Positions 38,162 to 46,984 of a stretch of DNA of 64,000 nucleotides are shown piece after piece. Every line of letters starts with the position of its first letter. Positions within the stretch are counted from its first letter, which is position 1. The position numbers and the translations under genes were made by a program. The notes beneath the pieces were generated by a model. It ran no database searches, was not told the DNA's origin, and saw only the letters and a program-made list of their open reading frames with translations. Source of the stretch: a virus; IMG/VR virus record IMGVR_UViG_3300033150_001207, positions 20,204 through 84,203 of that record; one strand, given 5' to 3'.

Positions 38162-38374
38162 GTGGCAAGGAAAAAATTATGGATACAGGACGCTATCAAA
38201 GCAGAAGGTAGTTTAACGAGGTCTGCAAGAGCATCTAACGCATTAAAGAAAGATGGAACTATTAAAGTATCATGGTTACGAGAACAGGCGAAAAAGGGTA
38301 ATTCAACCATTGCCAAGCGTGCAAGATTGGCGCTAACCTTGAGAAAAATGCCCAAAAGAGGTAGAAAAAAATAA
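38162..38374 (+). CDS. Small basic phage protein (WIQ.AIK..G.L...KRARLA.TL type)
   Basis: GAGGTG RBS, GTG start; motif recognised from other phage late regions. Confidence 0.7.
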   Translation: MARKKLWIQDAIKAEGSLTRSARASNALKKDGTIKVSWLREQAKKGNSTIAKRARLALTLRKMPKRGRKK

Positions 38375-38393
38375 CAGTACAGGGATAATCACA

Positions 38394-38594
38394 ATGAAAG
38401 AGCAATTTTCAGAAGGCGATAAAGTTCACATAACGCTCAAAGGTATAGTTGTAGAACTTGATGAAGGATATTATACCAAGGAATACAGCGAAGATTGTCA
38501 ATGGTATAATGTGTATGTACCAGAAATAGATGATGTTGTTACGGTATCAACTTCTAATGACGGCGGAAATATAAAACTTGAAAAAAGAGATTGA
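38394..38594 (+). CDS. Small SH3/KOW-like hypothetical protein
   Basis: FSEGDKVHI..KGIVVE...YNVY. Confidence 0.5.
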   Translation: MKEQFSEGDKVHITLKGIVVELDEGYYTKEYSEDCQWYNVYVPEIDDVVTVSTSNDGGNIKLEKRD

Positions 38595-39064
38595 TAAACC
38601 AGAGGGAAAACGAAGAAATGAATAATAATCCTGGATTAATATCTCGTGTAGGTTTGGAAATAATAAAAGAACATGAGGGTTTTAGGCAATATCCGTATAA
38701 ATGCAGTGCAAATAAAACTACAATAGGCTACGGGCACAACCTTGATGATAGAGGTATTTCTAAAAAAATAGCAGAGATGATATTCAAAGAAGATATAAAC
38801 GTTGCCATCGATGACGTATTTGAAATATTTCCCGATTTCCATAAGTTCACCGAGAACCAGAAAATTGTACTTGTTGACATGATGTTCAATCTCGGTATAA
38901 TTCGCTTCAGAAAATTCAGAAAAATGATAAGAGCAATAAAAAAGGGTGATTGGAAAAAGGCGATTATCGAAATGAGAAATTCACGATGGTATTCTCAAGT
39001 AACAAATCGGGTAGAGGACTTGATTGATTTGCTAGAGGAAGACTTGCAAGAAACGGAGAGTTAA
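38591..39064 (+). CDS. Endolysin, GH24 T4-like lysozyme (ATG start probably 38618)
   Basis: HEGFRQYPYKCSANKTTIGYGHNL (E-x8-C-x5-T), DMMFNLG, EMRNSRWYSQV..R. Confidence 0.93.
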   Translation: MINQRENEEMNNNPGLISRVGLEIIKEHEGFRQYPYKCSANKTTIGYGHNLDDRGISKKIAEMIFKEDINVAIDDVFEIFPDFHKFTENQKIVLVDMMFNLGIIRFRKFRKMIRAIKKGDWKKAIIEMRNSRWYSQVTNRVEDLIDLLEEDLQETES

Positions 39065-39541
39065 ATGGGTATATTAAATAAAATAGTTAATTTACTTACC
39101 GGCGATTTCGGGGCAAAAATCGTTGGCGCTATCAGGGATTATTTTCCGCCTTCTCTTTCGGATGCGGAAAAGCGAGATTTTGAATTGAAGATTATGGAAA
39201 TCACACAGGCTCATGAGATTGAACTTTTAAAAGAATTGAATGTTGCGGAATCTGAATTCAATCAGAGAATCAAAGAGCTTGAAGGAACAGCATCCGATTT
39301 GAGGCAAATACCTGTGCTTGGTTCGATTATTTTGTTCATGAGAGGATGCCAGCGCCCGGCGTTTGGATTCTTTACGCTTGCGATGGATTGCCTGGTGTTC
39401 GGCGGATACTGGACAATACAGGAAAATTCACGAATAGAAACTGCATTTCTTGTAATAAATTTGCTGGTCTTAGGTTTTTTGTTCGGGGAACGGGCTATCA
39501 AAAATGTAATACCATTATTTGAAAAATATATGAAAAAGTAG
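39065..39541 (+). CDS. Holin (3TM/GTA-holin-like)
   Basis: Follows the endolysin; RG..RP then two TM helices and LVLGFLFGER. Confidence 0.75.
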   Translation: MGILNKIVNLLTGDFGAKIVGAIRDYFPPSLSDAEKRDFELKIMEITQAHEIELLKELNVAESEFNQRIKELEGTASDLRQIPVLGSIILFMRGCQRPAFGFFTLAMDCLVFGGYWTIQENSRIETAFLVINLLVLGFLFGERAIKNVIPLFEKYMKK

Positions 39542-39982
39542 GTGAGAACTATAAAAAAGTTATTGTTAATAATATCACTGTGCTTACTCGTGTGCTGTGA
39601 TATATTCAGAGGTCCAACAGGACCGCCGGGTGAACGAGGTCCAGAAGGTCCACCTGGTCCGCAAGGAGAAGTCGGTACGGATGACGATTATTGTGTAATG
39701 GTTGAAATGTTTCTTACACAAGATAATCATACTGGCGGAAATTGGGTTTATGTAATAGACAGACAGATAATGCCTTTTGTGACTGATGTTGTATTATTCT
39801 TTGCGTCAATACCCGATTATAACGAGGGGCGATTCTTCAAGCTTGCTTACGGTACATACTGGTTGTTGGATGGCAATCAAATACGGATTGATTACAACCC
39901 GTACCTGATAAACACAGTTATTATTATAAAGATAAAAATTGAAAAACCTGTTATTATAACGGAAAACGAAGAAGAAAAATGA
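39542..39982 (+). CDS. Lipoprotein with short collagen-like repeat
   Basis: Signal ending LLVCC followed by GPTGPPGERGPEGPPGPQGEVG. Confidence 0.7.
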   Translation: MRTIKKLLLIISLCLLVCCDIFRGPTGPPGERGPEGPPGPQGEVGTDDDYCVMVEMFLTQDNHTGGNWVYVIDRQIMPFVTDVVLFFASIPDYNEGRFFKLAYGTYWLLDGNQIRIDYNPYLINTVIIIKIKIEKPVIITENEEEK

Positions 39983-39994
39983 TATTGAAATCAG

Positions 39995-40273
39995 GTGATA
40001 GTAATGGGTTTGTACGATACGGTCAGCAGACTTAACTTACAAATCAAGTGTATTGCTCACGATGAACCGACAATGAAACATTACAATATTGGCGATGAAA
40101 TACCATTACAGGATGGTGTTTGCATTTGTTATGGGGGTTGGTTTACGGTCAATAGTGGAAAAGTTCGTGATGCTGGCAAAGAGATATTCACAAAGTATGG
40201 CGGTAAACTTGATGGCGATGAAATCATAAGTGCTCTGAATCCTGTGTTTATTGTTTTAAATGGTATAAAATAA
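39995..40273 (+). CDS. Hypothetical phage protein
   Basis: MGLYDTV...QIK...M..Y.IGD pattern; AGGTG RBS. Confidence 0.55.
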   Translation: MIVMGLYDTVSRLNLQIKCIAHDEPTMKHYNIGDEIPLQDGVCICYGGWFTVNSGKVRDAGKEIFTKYGGKLDGDEIISALNPVFIVLNGIK

Positions 40274-40274
40274 T

Positions 40275-40348
40275 GGGGGTGACAGAGGTTCAATAAAATA
40301 AAGGAAATTTCACTTGTTTAAACACGCGTTCGAGTCGCGTCATCCCCA
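40275..40348 (+). ncRNA. tRNA-like RNA resembling an isolated tmRNA tRNA-like domain
   Basis: Acceptor GGGGGUG/CAUCCCC+A; stemless D region ACAGAGGUUCAA; short AAAUAA/UUGUUU stem; T arm ACGCG-UUCGAGU-CGCGU; no anticodon arm, no encoded CCA. Confidence 0.6.
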
Positions 40349-40569
40349 TCGAATGGCTTGTTTGTTGTATGCAGAATGGATTAAGTAAGTGGTAATAGTA
40401 AATTCCTGGCTTTTATGGACGCATAAACCAGTGGGAACGATAGGGTTTTGATAGAATACCTACTCGCCCATCAATGCTCATATTACCATTTGGAATATTG
40501 AGATCGAGAGACGGTATGCCGTGATGTTTGCCGTTTCTTGCAATTGTATATCACGAAAAGGGAATATAA

Positions 40570-40767
40570 GTGATAAACGTTTACAAAGATGAAAATACTA
40601 CTGCTGACCGCTGGATAGTCGAGTGTACCTCATTGAATCTATTGATAGAAGAAGTCGGCATCGAAAATGCCATAAGCAGATTTTGTGATGTACTCAAAGG
40701 TTTCTTGATTGAAAGCCATCGCAGAGGCAAACTGGCAAAAATATTGGATAATCAGCATGAAAGATAA
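40570..40767 (+). CDS. HicB-like small protein
   Basis: WIVECTSLNLLIEEVGIENAISRF beta-beta-beta-alpha pattern. Confidence 0.4.
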   Translation: MINVYKDENTTADRWIVECTSLNLLIEEVGIENAISRFCDVLKGFLIESHRRGKLAKILDNQHER

Positions 40768-40797
40768 TCCTTGGCTCGCTAACGAAAGACAATTACG

Positions 40798-41082
40798 GTG
40801 GTAAGGCTGTCATATACAGATACAATTACGGTAATCAAGGAATCGAGTATTCCGCAACGGGATAAGGATGATATGATAAAATCTGTTAATTATTTGCAAG
40901 AGTGTGGGGATGCGCCACTTGGCTACGGTTTTACTGTTGAGATATGCTCCCACTGCGGTTACCAGCAACTTTCTATTCATCCAATTCCCATGAAACATCC
41001 GAGTGAATGCAATAAGTGTGGCAGGAAGGCCTGTTACGTGGATGAAGATTTTGAGAACGAATTCAAAAGCAAGGAAATGTAA
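40798..41082 (+). CDS. Zinc-ribbon protein
   Basis: CSHCG and CNKCG. Confidence 0.55.
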   Translation: MVRLSYTDTITVIKESSIPQRDKDDMIKSVNYLQECGDAPLGYGFTVEICSHCGYQQLSIHPIPMKHPSECNKCGRKACYVDEDFENEFKSKEM

Positions 41083-41218
41083 ATGGAATTCACTACACAG
41101 ATACTAATTGTGGCATTATTAATAATCGTACTATTTGTTGCTGTAAATAGATAAGAAACCGAAAGTAACCAAGCAATTTCCCAGATAGTACACATAAACA
41201 TTAACACGGGAGAACTAC

Positions 41219-42499
41219 ATGAGTAACCATTATAAATTACCTGATGATATTCTCTTCGAGCAATTCCGCAAAATAATCCTCGAATATCCTGATATAAGCG
41301 CAGATAAATACGACAAACTACAAGTTCCAAATAAGCCGCCACGTACAACATTGCGGCGTCGCTTTGGTGAATGGCAAAATATAAAAGCAATGGCGCTCGG
41401 CGGCGGCGATGTAGAGATTATTGTAGAAAATGTGCGACTGGCTAAACAAAAACAGCGGTTTGAAGACAGAAACAGAATCGAGCGTAAAAGTTTCCGCCAA
41501 TATTGCCGTATTGAAAATGCTGTCGTAGAACTTAATAAAAAATTTATTGATCTGCTCGAACACAACAGCCTCAAAAGATTTGTCAAGCACTTTAAACCGA
41601 GTAAACCAATAGATGAAAATGCTGTCGGTCTTTTGCACTTTACGGATGCTCATTTTAATGAACTTGTTGAACTCGCAAATAATAGGTACGATTTTGTTAT
41701 AGCAAGTAAACGCTGTAAAAAGTTGGTTAGAAAAGCAAAGCAATATTTTAAGCTCTTTAATATAAAGAATATTCTGTTTGCAATGACGGGAGATCTGATT
41801 AACAGCGATCGCCGCTTGGATGAACTGCTCAGCCAGGCGACTAATAGAAGCAAGGCTATGTTTCTTTCTGTGGAAATAATACAACAAATGTTGCTTGATT
41901 TAAATTCGGATTTCAACGTTACCGTTGCGTGCGTAACGGGTAATGAATCGAGGATACCGAATGATATTGCGTGGACAGATATAGTGGTGACCGATAACTA
42001 TGATTTTAGTATATTTAATATTTTACGATATCTGTTCAAAGACTGTAAGGGTATAGACTTTAATATTGGTGATAGTTACTCAGAACAGGTAATAAGCGTT
42101 GCTGGACAAAATGTGCTTCTCATTCACGGCAACCAGATAAGCACTAAAATTGAAGAATCGATACAGAAAATTAAAGGTAAATGGGCAGCAAAAGGTGTGA
42201 TTGTCGATTTCGTGATATGCGGGAACGTGCACAGCTGTCGCATAGGTGATACATATGCAAGGGGAAGCTCTGTCGTGGGGGCTAATGCATATTCAGAGGA
42301 GGGACTTCAACTAACCTCACGTGCCAGTCAAAACATCCATATATTTTTTCCAGATAAAACACGAGACTCAATTCGTATAGATTTACAGGATGTATCAGGT
42401 GAAGAAGGATATGATATCAGCAGGGAATTGGAAGAATATTGCGCAAAAAGCGCCGAGAAACTACACAAACCTATAACCATATTTAAAATACAAATATAA
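41219..42499 (+). CDS. Calcineurin-like metallophosphoesterase with N-terminal HTH
   Basis: TDAHFNE, TGDLI, TGNESR, IHG, GNVH; N-terminal PPRTTLRRRFGEWQN helix motif. Confidence 0.8.
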   Translation: MSNHYKLPDDILFEQFRKIILEYPDISADKYDKLQVPNKPPRTTLRRRFGEWQNIKAMALGGGDVEIIVENVRLAKQKQRFEDRNRIERKSFRQYCRIENAVVELNKKFIDLLEHNSLKRFVKHFKPSKPIDENAVGLLHFTDAHFNELVELANNRYDFVIASKRCKKLVRKAKQYFKLFNIKNILFAMTGDLINSDRRLDELLSQATNRSKAMFLSVEIIQQMLLDLNSDFNVTVACVTGNESRIPNDIAWTDIVVTDNYDFSIFNILRYLFKDCKGIDFNIGDSYSEQVISVAGQNVLLIHGNQISTKIEESIQKIKGKWAAKGVIVDFVICGNVHSCRIGDTYARGSSVVGANAYSEEGLQLTSRASQNIHIFFPDKTRDSIRIDLQDVSGEEGYDISRELEEYCAKSAEKLHKPITIFKIQI

Positions 42500-42591
42500 A
42501 CAGAAATACATATCATTTACAATTGTTATTGTTTAGCTTTACTTGGTACAGCATAAAACATTTATTGCCCTCTACCATGATAATCCTCTTT

Positions 42592-44172
42592 TCACCAGAT
42601 AAGACATCTCAAGAAGTAATCACTAAATAGTTCTCTATGTTTCACAATTATATTTTCTATATGTGTATCTAGCAAATAGATAGTACAGTAATCATCCTGA
42701 CTTCTGATTCCACGTCCACATTGTTGTTCCAATGTCTGTGCAGCTTCCGCTTTGTACCAATAGTTCCCGATATGCGGGGTGTAGGCTTTTGCAGATACCA
42801 TTTTATCCCCCAAATCAGGATAACTCAGTTTGGTTACGATAATAAATCTTGCCAACTCATCGTCTAACGAAATACCCCTATCGCACGAGGGGGATACGAG
42901 AACTAACGGTCTATCTGATTCTTTGAATTTGTCTATCTGTTCAATTCTGTTTTCAAGTTCATGTGTTATCAGTCTACCATTATGGTTGCAATGTTCCATT
43001 ATTAAATCTCTTAGCCTGTAGTTAGTAGTATGTATTAATCCTTTTTGTTCAGCATGTTCTTCCAGTATCTTATTTATTTCACTTGCAACCTTATCAAACT
43101 CTTTATATCCATGTTTGGTCGCCATATTAGCAGTAGACTTAAGGTATATCGGTCTTTTCTTCGGATCGAATAAGCTCGGCACTTCCATATAATCCATTTC
43201 ATTCATCGGTATACCAGTCTCTTGCGACAGTATAGGCAACGGTGGTAGCTTAGCGCTCATTAACACCATTTTCCCCTGTTCATTTTCATTTCCGATATGT
43301 CTTCTTATAAATTCATCAGTCATTTCTGGCGTTATCCACACGGGTGAAAACGACCATACTCTACCGAATTTACCTATCCATTCCTGAAATATCCAGTTTT
43401 TATCAAGAAATCTCTCAAACATTCCAAGTCTACGCATAAACCCTTCGTACTTCTCAAATATTTTCCTTTCATGGGCTGATTCGTCCAGTTTATCATATTC
43501 TTTCTTTACTTTTATACGGTTGATATGCGCCCAGTCTTTCCATGATTTAATTCCATTCTCACATGCTGTTTTGTACTTCGGTGGTACTATGTTAAACTTA
43601 GCAATTTGCCATTCCGAGACCTGAAGTTTGATAAAATTGAGCAACTCATTTTTTAGCGTATCAGCCTCGTCGCAGATCAATAATCTTGAACCCGAAAACT
43701 CACCCACATAGTTACATTCATTTAGAAAGAGTTGATAATTGAGCAATCTCAGGGGGTGATTAACGACCTTCTTTTTCTGCACTCTATATAAACATTTCCA
43801 ATACATTGCACAGTTTTCTTTCGGGGATTTGTAAGGACAATCCGCAACAGTATTGCCTTTTATATCTATACATTCGTAATTTGCCCTACCTTTTAATACC
43901 TCAAACTCTGGAAAATCATGCTGTGCTTGGTTTTGAAGGGATTTACTATGAACCAGATAGGTAGAATTGTTATAAACCTTACATACGATACTTCCTATCA
44001 TAGTTTTTCCACTTCCAGTATCCGCTTTCAATACTACTACCGGTTTATCGCTGTTAATGATAAATTCCGCTGCCTCTAATTGATATTGACGTGGATTTTC
44101 ATTTTTAAAATTTTGAAAAGATTTAAATATCGCACGTAATTCATCTATGCTATAATATTTTAATGTGCGCAA
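42592..44172 (-). CDS. DinG/XPD-like SF2 helicase
   Basis: PRQYQ, ADTGSGKT, LKGRANYEC with three further Cys (Fe-S type), CDEAD, MSA, RGISL, QQCGRGIRSQDDY. Confidence 0.93.
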   Translation of the reverse strand: MRTLKYYSIDELRAIFKSFQNFKNENPRQYQLEAAEFIINSDKPVVVLKADTGSGKTMIGSIVCKVYNNSTYLVHSKSLQNQAQHDFPEFEVLKGRANYECIDIKGNTVADCPYKSPKENCAMYWKCLYRVQKKKVVNHPLRLLNYQLFLNECNYVGEFSGSRLLICDEADTLKNELLNFIKLQVSEWQIAKFNIVPPKYKTACENGIKSWKDWAHINRIKVKKEYDKLDESAHERKIFEKYEGFMRRLGMFERFLDKNWIFQEWIGKFGRVWSFSPVWITPEMTDEFIRRHIGNENEQGKMVLMSAKLPPLPILSQETGIPMNEMDYMEVPSLFDPKKRPIYLKSTANMATKHGYKEFDKVASEINKILEEHAEQKGLIHTTNYRLRDLIMEHCNHNGRLITHELENRIEQIDKFKESDRPLVLVSPSCDRGISLDDELARFIIVTKLSYPDLGDKMVSAKAYTPHIGNYWYKAEAAQTLEQQCGRGIRSQDDYCTIYLLDTHIENIIVKHRELFSDYFLRCLIW

Positions 44173-44201
44173 TTTTCTTCCATTGAGGTTTAAATGTGTG
44201 A

Positions 44202-44531
44202 TTATCGATATGTCGGATTTGATATAGTTTCTTTTTGTTTGGATTGTTTATCTACTGCTATAATCATTCTTGTCAATGCATGTTCGAGATGCGGTTCTGA
44301 TTTGCTACCAATTATGTATAGTACAATATGTCTGACTGCTCTGTATAAGTGAAATGTAATAGATTTATCCCAGCTCTTTTTGTTGGTTTTCTCGCCATGT
44401 TCCAGTACCTTTTGTATAGTCTGTATTGGTTCGATTGGCAACAGTATCTGCGAATTACGTATCGACCTATTCAATTTTATTCTAATTACCCGTTCTTTTT
44501 GTTTCATCGTTTGCCCTGAAGTATTATTCAC
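44202..44531 (-). CDS. dATP/dGTP diphosphohydrolase-like (DUF5664-type) domain
   Basis: VLEHGEK....W......H..RA.RH......SEPHLEHA. Confidence 0.6.
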   Translation of the reverse strand: MNNTSGQTMKQKERVIRIKLNRSIRNSQILLPIEPIQTIQKVLEHGEKTNKKSWDKSITFHLYRAVRHIVLYIIGSKSEPHLEHALTRMIIAVDKQSKQKETISNPTYR

Positions 44532-44853
44532 GTTTTAGTGTCTGTTTTTGTTCTTGCCTGCGTTGTCTTTTTCGTGCCAGTAATTTTTCCCTGTTCTGAA
44601 GATAATAATTGCGGCCATATTCCTTTAATGCCTTTATGTTGTTCAAATAGTATGCCCTGTGATATTTTCTGAGTTTATCCCTGTTGGCTTTACGATATGC
44701 TTTCTGGTATTCAGGATTGTTGTACTTCTTATTATTTATATTCTTACATACTACACATCTACCGGTACTACAATACCTCAGGCTCTGTCCTGTATCCCCA
44801 TGCTCATGTTTGTGCGGACAGAGTTTTCCCAGATAATATTCTACTTGCGACAT
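44524..44853 (-). CDS. Basic protein with Cys/His zinc knuckle (HNH-associated N-terminus, no nuclease domain)
   Basis: YYLGKLCPHKH...LRY...GRCVVC followed by Y..N repeats. Confidence 0.6.
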   Translation of the reverse strand: MSQVEYYLGKLCPHKHEHGDTGQSLRYCSTGRCVVCKNINNKKYNNPEYQKAYRKANRDKLRKYHRAYYLNNIKALKEYGRNYYLQNREKLLARKRQRRQEQKQTLKRE

Positions 44854-45096
44854 TGTTAGTCTCCTGTTTTAGCATAAGTTTACCTGTCATTTTCCACACC
44901 CTTCGATATATCATCGACTGTCCATTCAGTTATATTATCCGTGTTATTAAATATGAATTGCATGAATAGTTGATGACAGTAAATTATTTGTTTAATCGTA
45001 TCAATATCTATTCTTTTCGATACCGCGATAGTGGCTTTATTCTCTTTATTTTTCTTTGTCATTATCAAATTCCTTCGTGGCTTTCCAATTTTTCTG

Positions 45097-45154
45097 CTTC
45101 TGTGTTTACATAAGGTTTTCTTTCTGGAGTTGTTCCTTGCATTGTAATTACCTC
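45097..45154. repeat. 58-bp direct repeat, copy 1 (copy 2 at 56717-56774)
   Basis: 57/58 identical by direct comparison; on the minus strand it holds a GAGGT RBS and ATG CAA GGA ACA ACT (MQGTTPERKPYV). Confidence 0.92.
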
Positions 45155-45268
45155 CCTCAATTAAAACTATATTTCTTTCACGGTCTCAAGGAAAGGAGCT
45201 TTTATAAATTCCTTTCAAATCGAATAGAATCACATAAGCAAACTATTTTGGGCTTTTTCATCTCATTC

Positions 45269-45463
45269 TCATAAAATACGAATGTCTAAATTAACAGAAA
45301 TGACATTTCTCATTCCTCCGATTGTGTCGCTAAATATTAAATCAATATCAGAAACAGAACAACTTGTTCTTTCTTCAAAATCTCTAATTGACTCAAGAAT
45401 CATCTCTTCCAATAATCTCTTTCCTTGCCGAATATCTTTAATGTCCATCTGCCTTCCCTCCAA
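45269..45463 (-). CDS. Small hypothetical protein
   Basis: 64-aa ORF with GGAGG RBS in the minus-strand gene run. Confidence 0.6.
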   Translation of the reverse strand: MEGRQMDIKDIRQGKRLLEEMILESIRDFEERTSCSVSDIDLIFSDTIGGMRNVISVNLDIRIL

Positions 45464-45471
45464 GAAAAGCT

Positions 45472-45900
45472 TTAAAATTTAAATTTAACTAATGAAATTG
45501 TGGTAGTATCCAGAGCAAGTGGTATCAACCATGATAAATTCGGAATGCAACTCCTAAAATCTATATTCTTTATTTCTAACACCACTATTCGCTCTCCAGT
45601 TTTACTTTTTATTTTAAAAACCTTATCATCAAATCCACGCCAAAAAATCACTCTCTTTTGACCGTCTAAAGAATCGCCTTGAGCAAATGGAGACCAATCA
45701 TTAAAATACAATCCCGTCTCCTCTTTAAATTCTCTAATCATCGCACTTTCTATGGATTCAAGCTCCCCAACACGCCCGCCAATTCCATTAAATCTTCCTT
45801 CTTGCCACTCAGAAGTGGCAGAAAGAATGAGTGCAATATGAGTCCTTTCTTTGCTGAATAGAAGCCCACACACATACACTTCTGTTGGTTCTTTTCTCAT
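45472..45900 (-). CDS. Nudix hydrolase
   Basis: Nudix box GGRVGELESIESAMIREFKEETGL. Confidence 0.92.
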   Translation of the reverse strand: MRKEPTEVYVCGLLFSKERTHIALILSATSEWQEGRFNGIGGRVGELESIESAMIREFKEETGLYFNDWSPFAQGDSLDGQKRVIFWRGFDDKVFKIKSKTGERIVVLEIKNIDFRSCIPNLSWLIPLALDTTTISLVKFKF

Positions 45901-45936
45901 TTCTTTAAATCTCCAGAATGATTGTCTTTTTTATTA

Positions 45937-46209
45937 CTACTCTTGTAGAGGCAACTCATCCCAATAGTACCCGCAATTGTTACATGTTCTTCTTATAACA
46001 TCCATTTGGTGTTTGATATAAGAAGAAGACGCTTCGTAATCATACGAACCCTTTTTTCTGAAGCTTGCCAGAATTTTCTCATCCCCGCATGCGGGGCATT
46101 TTGCATTTGGATTATATCTGTTCATATTTTTCCCTTTGCATAACAGAATTCTCGTATTTATGTTCAGCAATAATCTCTTTGATACGTTTATTGAGTCCAT
46201 TAATTTCAC
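45937..46209 (-). CDS. Zinc-ribbon protein (true start probably MNRYN)
   Basis: CPACG and CNNCGYYW. Confidence 0.55.
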   Translation of the reverse strand: MKLMDSINVSKRLLLNINTRILLCKGKNMNRYNPNAKCPACGDEKILASFRKKGSYDYEASSSYIKHQMDVIRRTCNNCGYYWDELPLQE

Positions 46210-46287
46210 TGATGATTTCCGTTTCCATGTTAGATTTTTGCTGAGATGTTATTTGCTGTTCTTCTTATAACATTCACATGTTTCTTC

Positions 46288-46530
46288 TTATTCAATATCA
46301 AAGTCCTCATAAGGAGAGTCCAATGTAATTGGTTTGATCTTAACAAGTTCTCTATCAAGTACTATTTTAGCCCCATTTTTTATTGCCCGTTTATACATAA
46401 TACCCCATATATCATAATGCGGAGTTCTTTTGTTCTGAAACCATTCTCTCTCAAGTCCAATTTTATGTGCAAATTCATGTAATTCTTCAAGTGAATCAGC
46501 CACAAGGTGTATTCCATCAGTATAAACCAT
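46288..46530 (-). CDS. DUF4031-like protein
   Basis: MVYTD..HLVADSLEELHEFA..IGL...WFQ....PHYDI. Confidence 0.8.
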   Translation of the reverse strand: MVYTDGIHLVADSLEELHEFAHKIGLEREWFQNKRTPHYDIWGIMYKRAIKNGAKIVLDRELVKIKPITLDSPYEDFDIE

Positions 46531-46927
46531 ATTCGTATCCTTTATTATTATATTCAACAAAAAATTCCTCAACTGACTTCTGGTAGTCAAAACCTACCCA
46601 CGCAAGATTTATACCAGATTGCCTGAGGGCTGACATAATACATGCAGGACAACCATTTGATATATCTTTCAATTTTTCTATATTGTATTCCGCTGGGATA
46701 ATACCTGTTATAAAACCATCGTCTACCTGTTTTTCATCTTTTATTTTAACTATAGACTTTTTAAGTTTTTCTATTGGTTGCTGTTCCCATTCCATTAATT
46801 CACACATCCTGCATATACGATTTGGGTTCATTGTGCAATGCATTTCATGTTTTTTTATAGAAGCTTTATTGCAACCACTTTTCCCACAGAAATCACAATA
46901 GTATCGCCAGACGCGTTTTTGCTTCAT
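46517..46927 (-). CDS. Cys-rich hypothetical phage protein
   Basis: YYCDFCGK, HEMHCTMNPNRICRMC, CPACIMSALRQ. Confidence 0.7.
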   Translation of the reverse strand: MKQKRVWRYYCDFCGKSGCNKASIKKHEMHCTMNPNRICRMCELMEWEQQPIEKLKKSIVKIKDEKQVDDGFITGIIPAEYNIEKLKDISNGCPACIMSALRQSGINLAWVGFDYQKSVEEFFVEYNNKGYEYGLY

Positions 46928-46984
46928 AGTTTTTTCTCCGATAAGAGTTTATGTAAATATCTATATATCTTCTCATAAACCCTA

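Noticed and set aside
40275-40348. Canonical tRNA gene or attachment site
   Set aside because: No U8, D stem or 7-nt anticodon loop on a 5-bp stem; no integrase and no phage/host boundary nearby.
40570-40767. HicAB toxin-antitoxin pair
   Set aside because: Only a weak HicB-like pattern; no adjacent HicA-like ORF.
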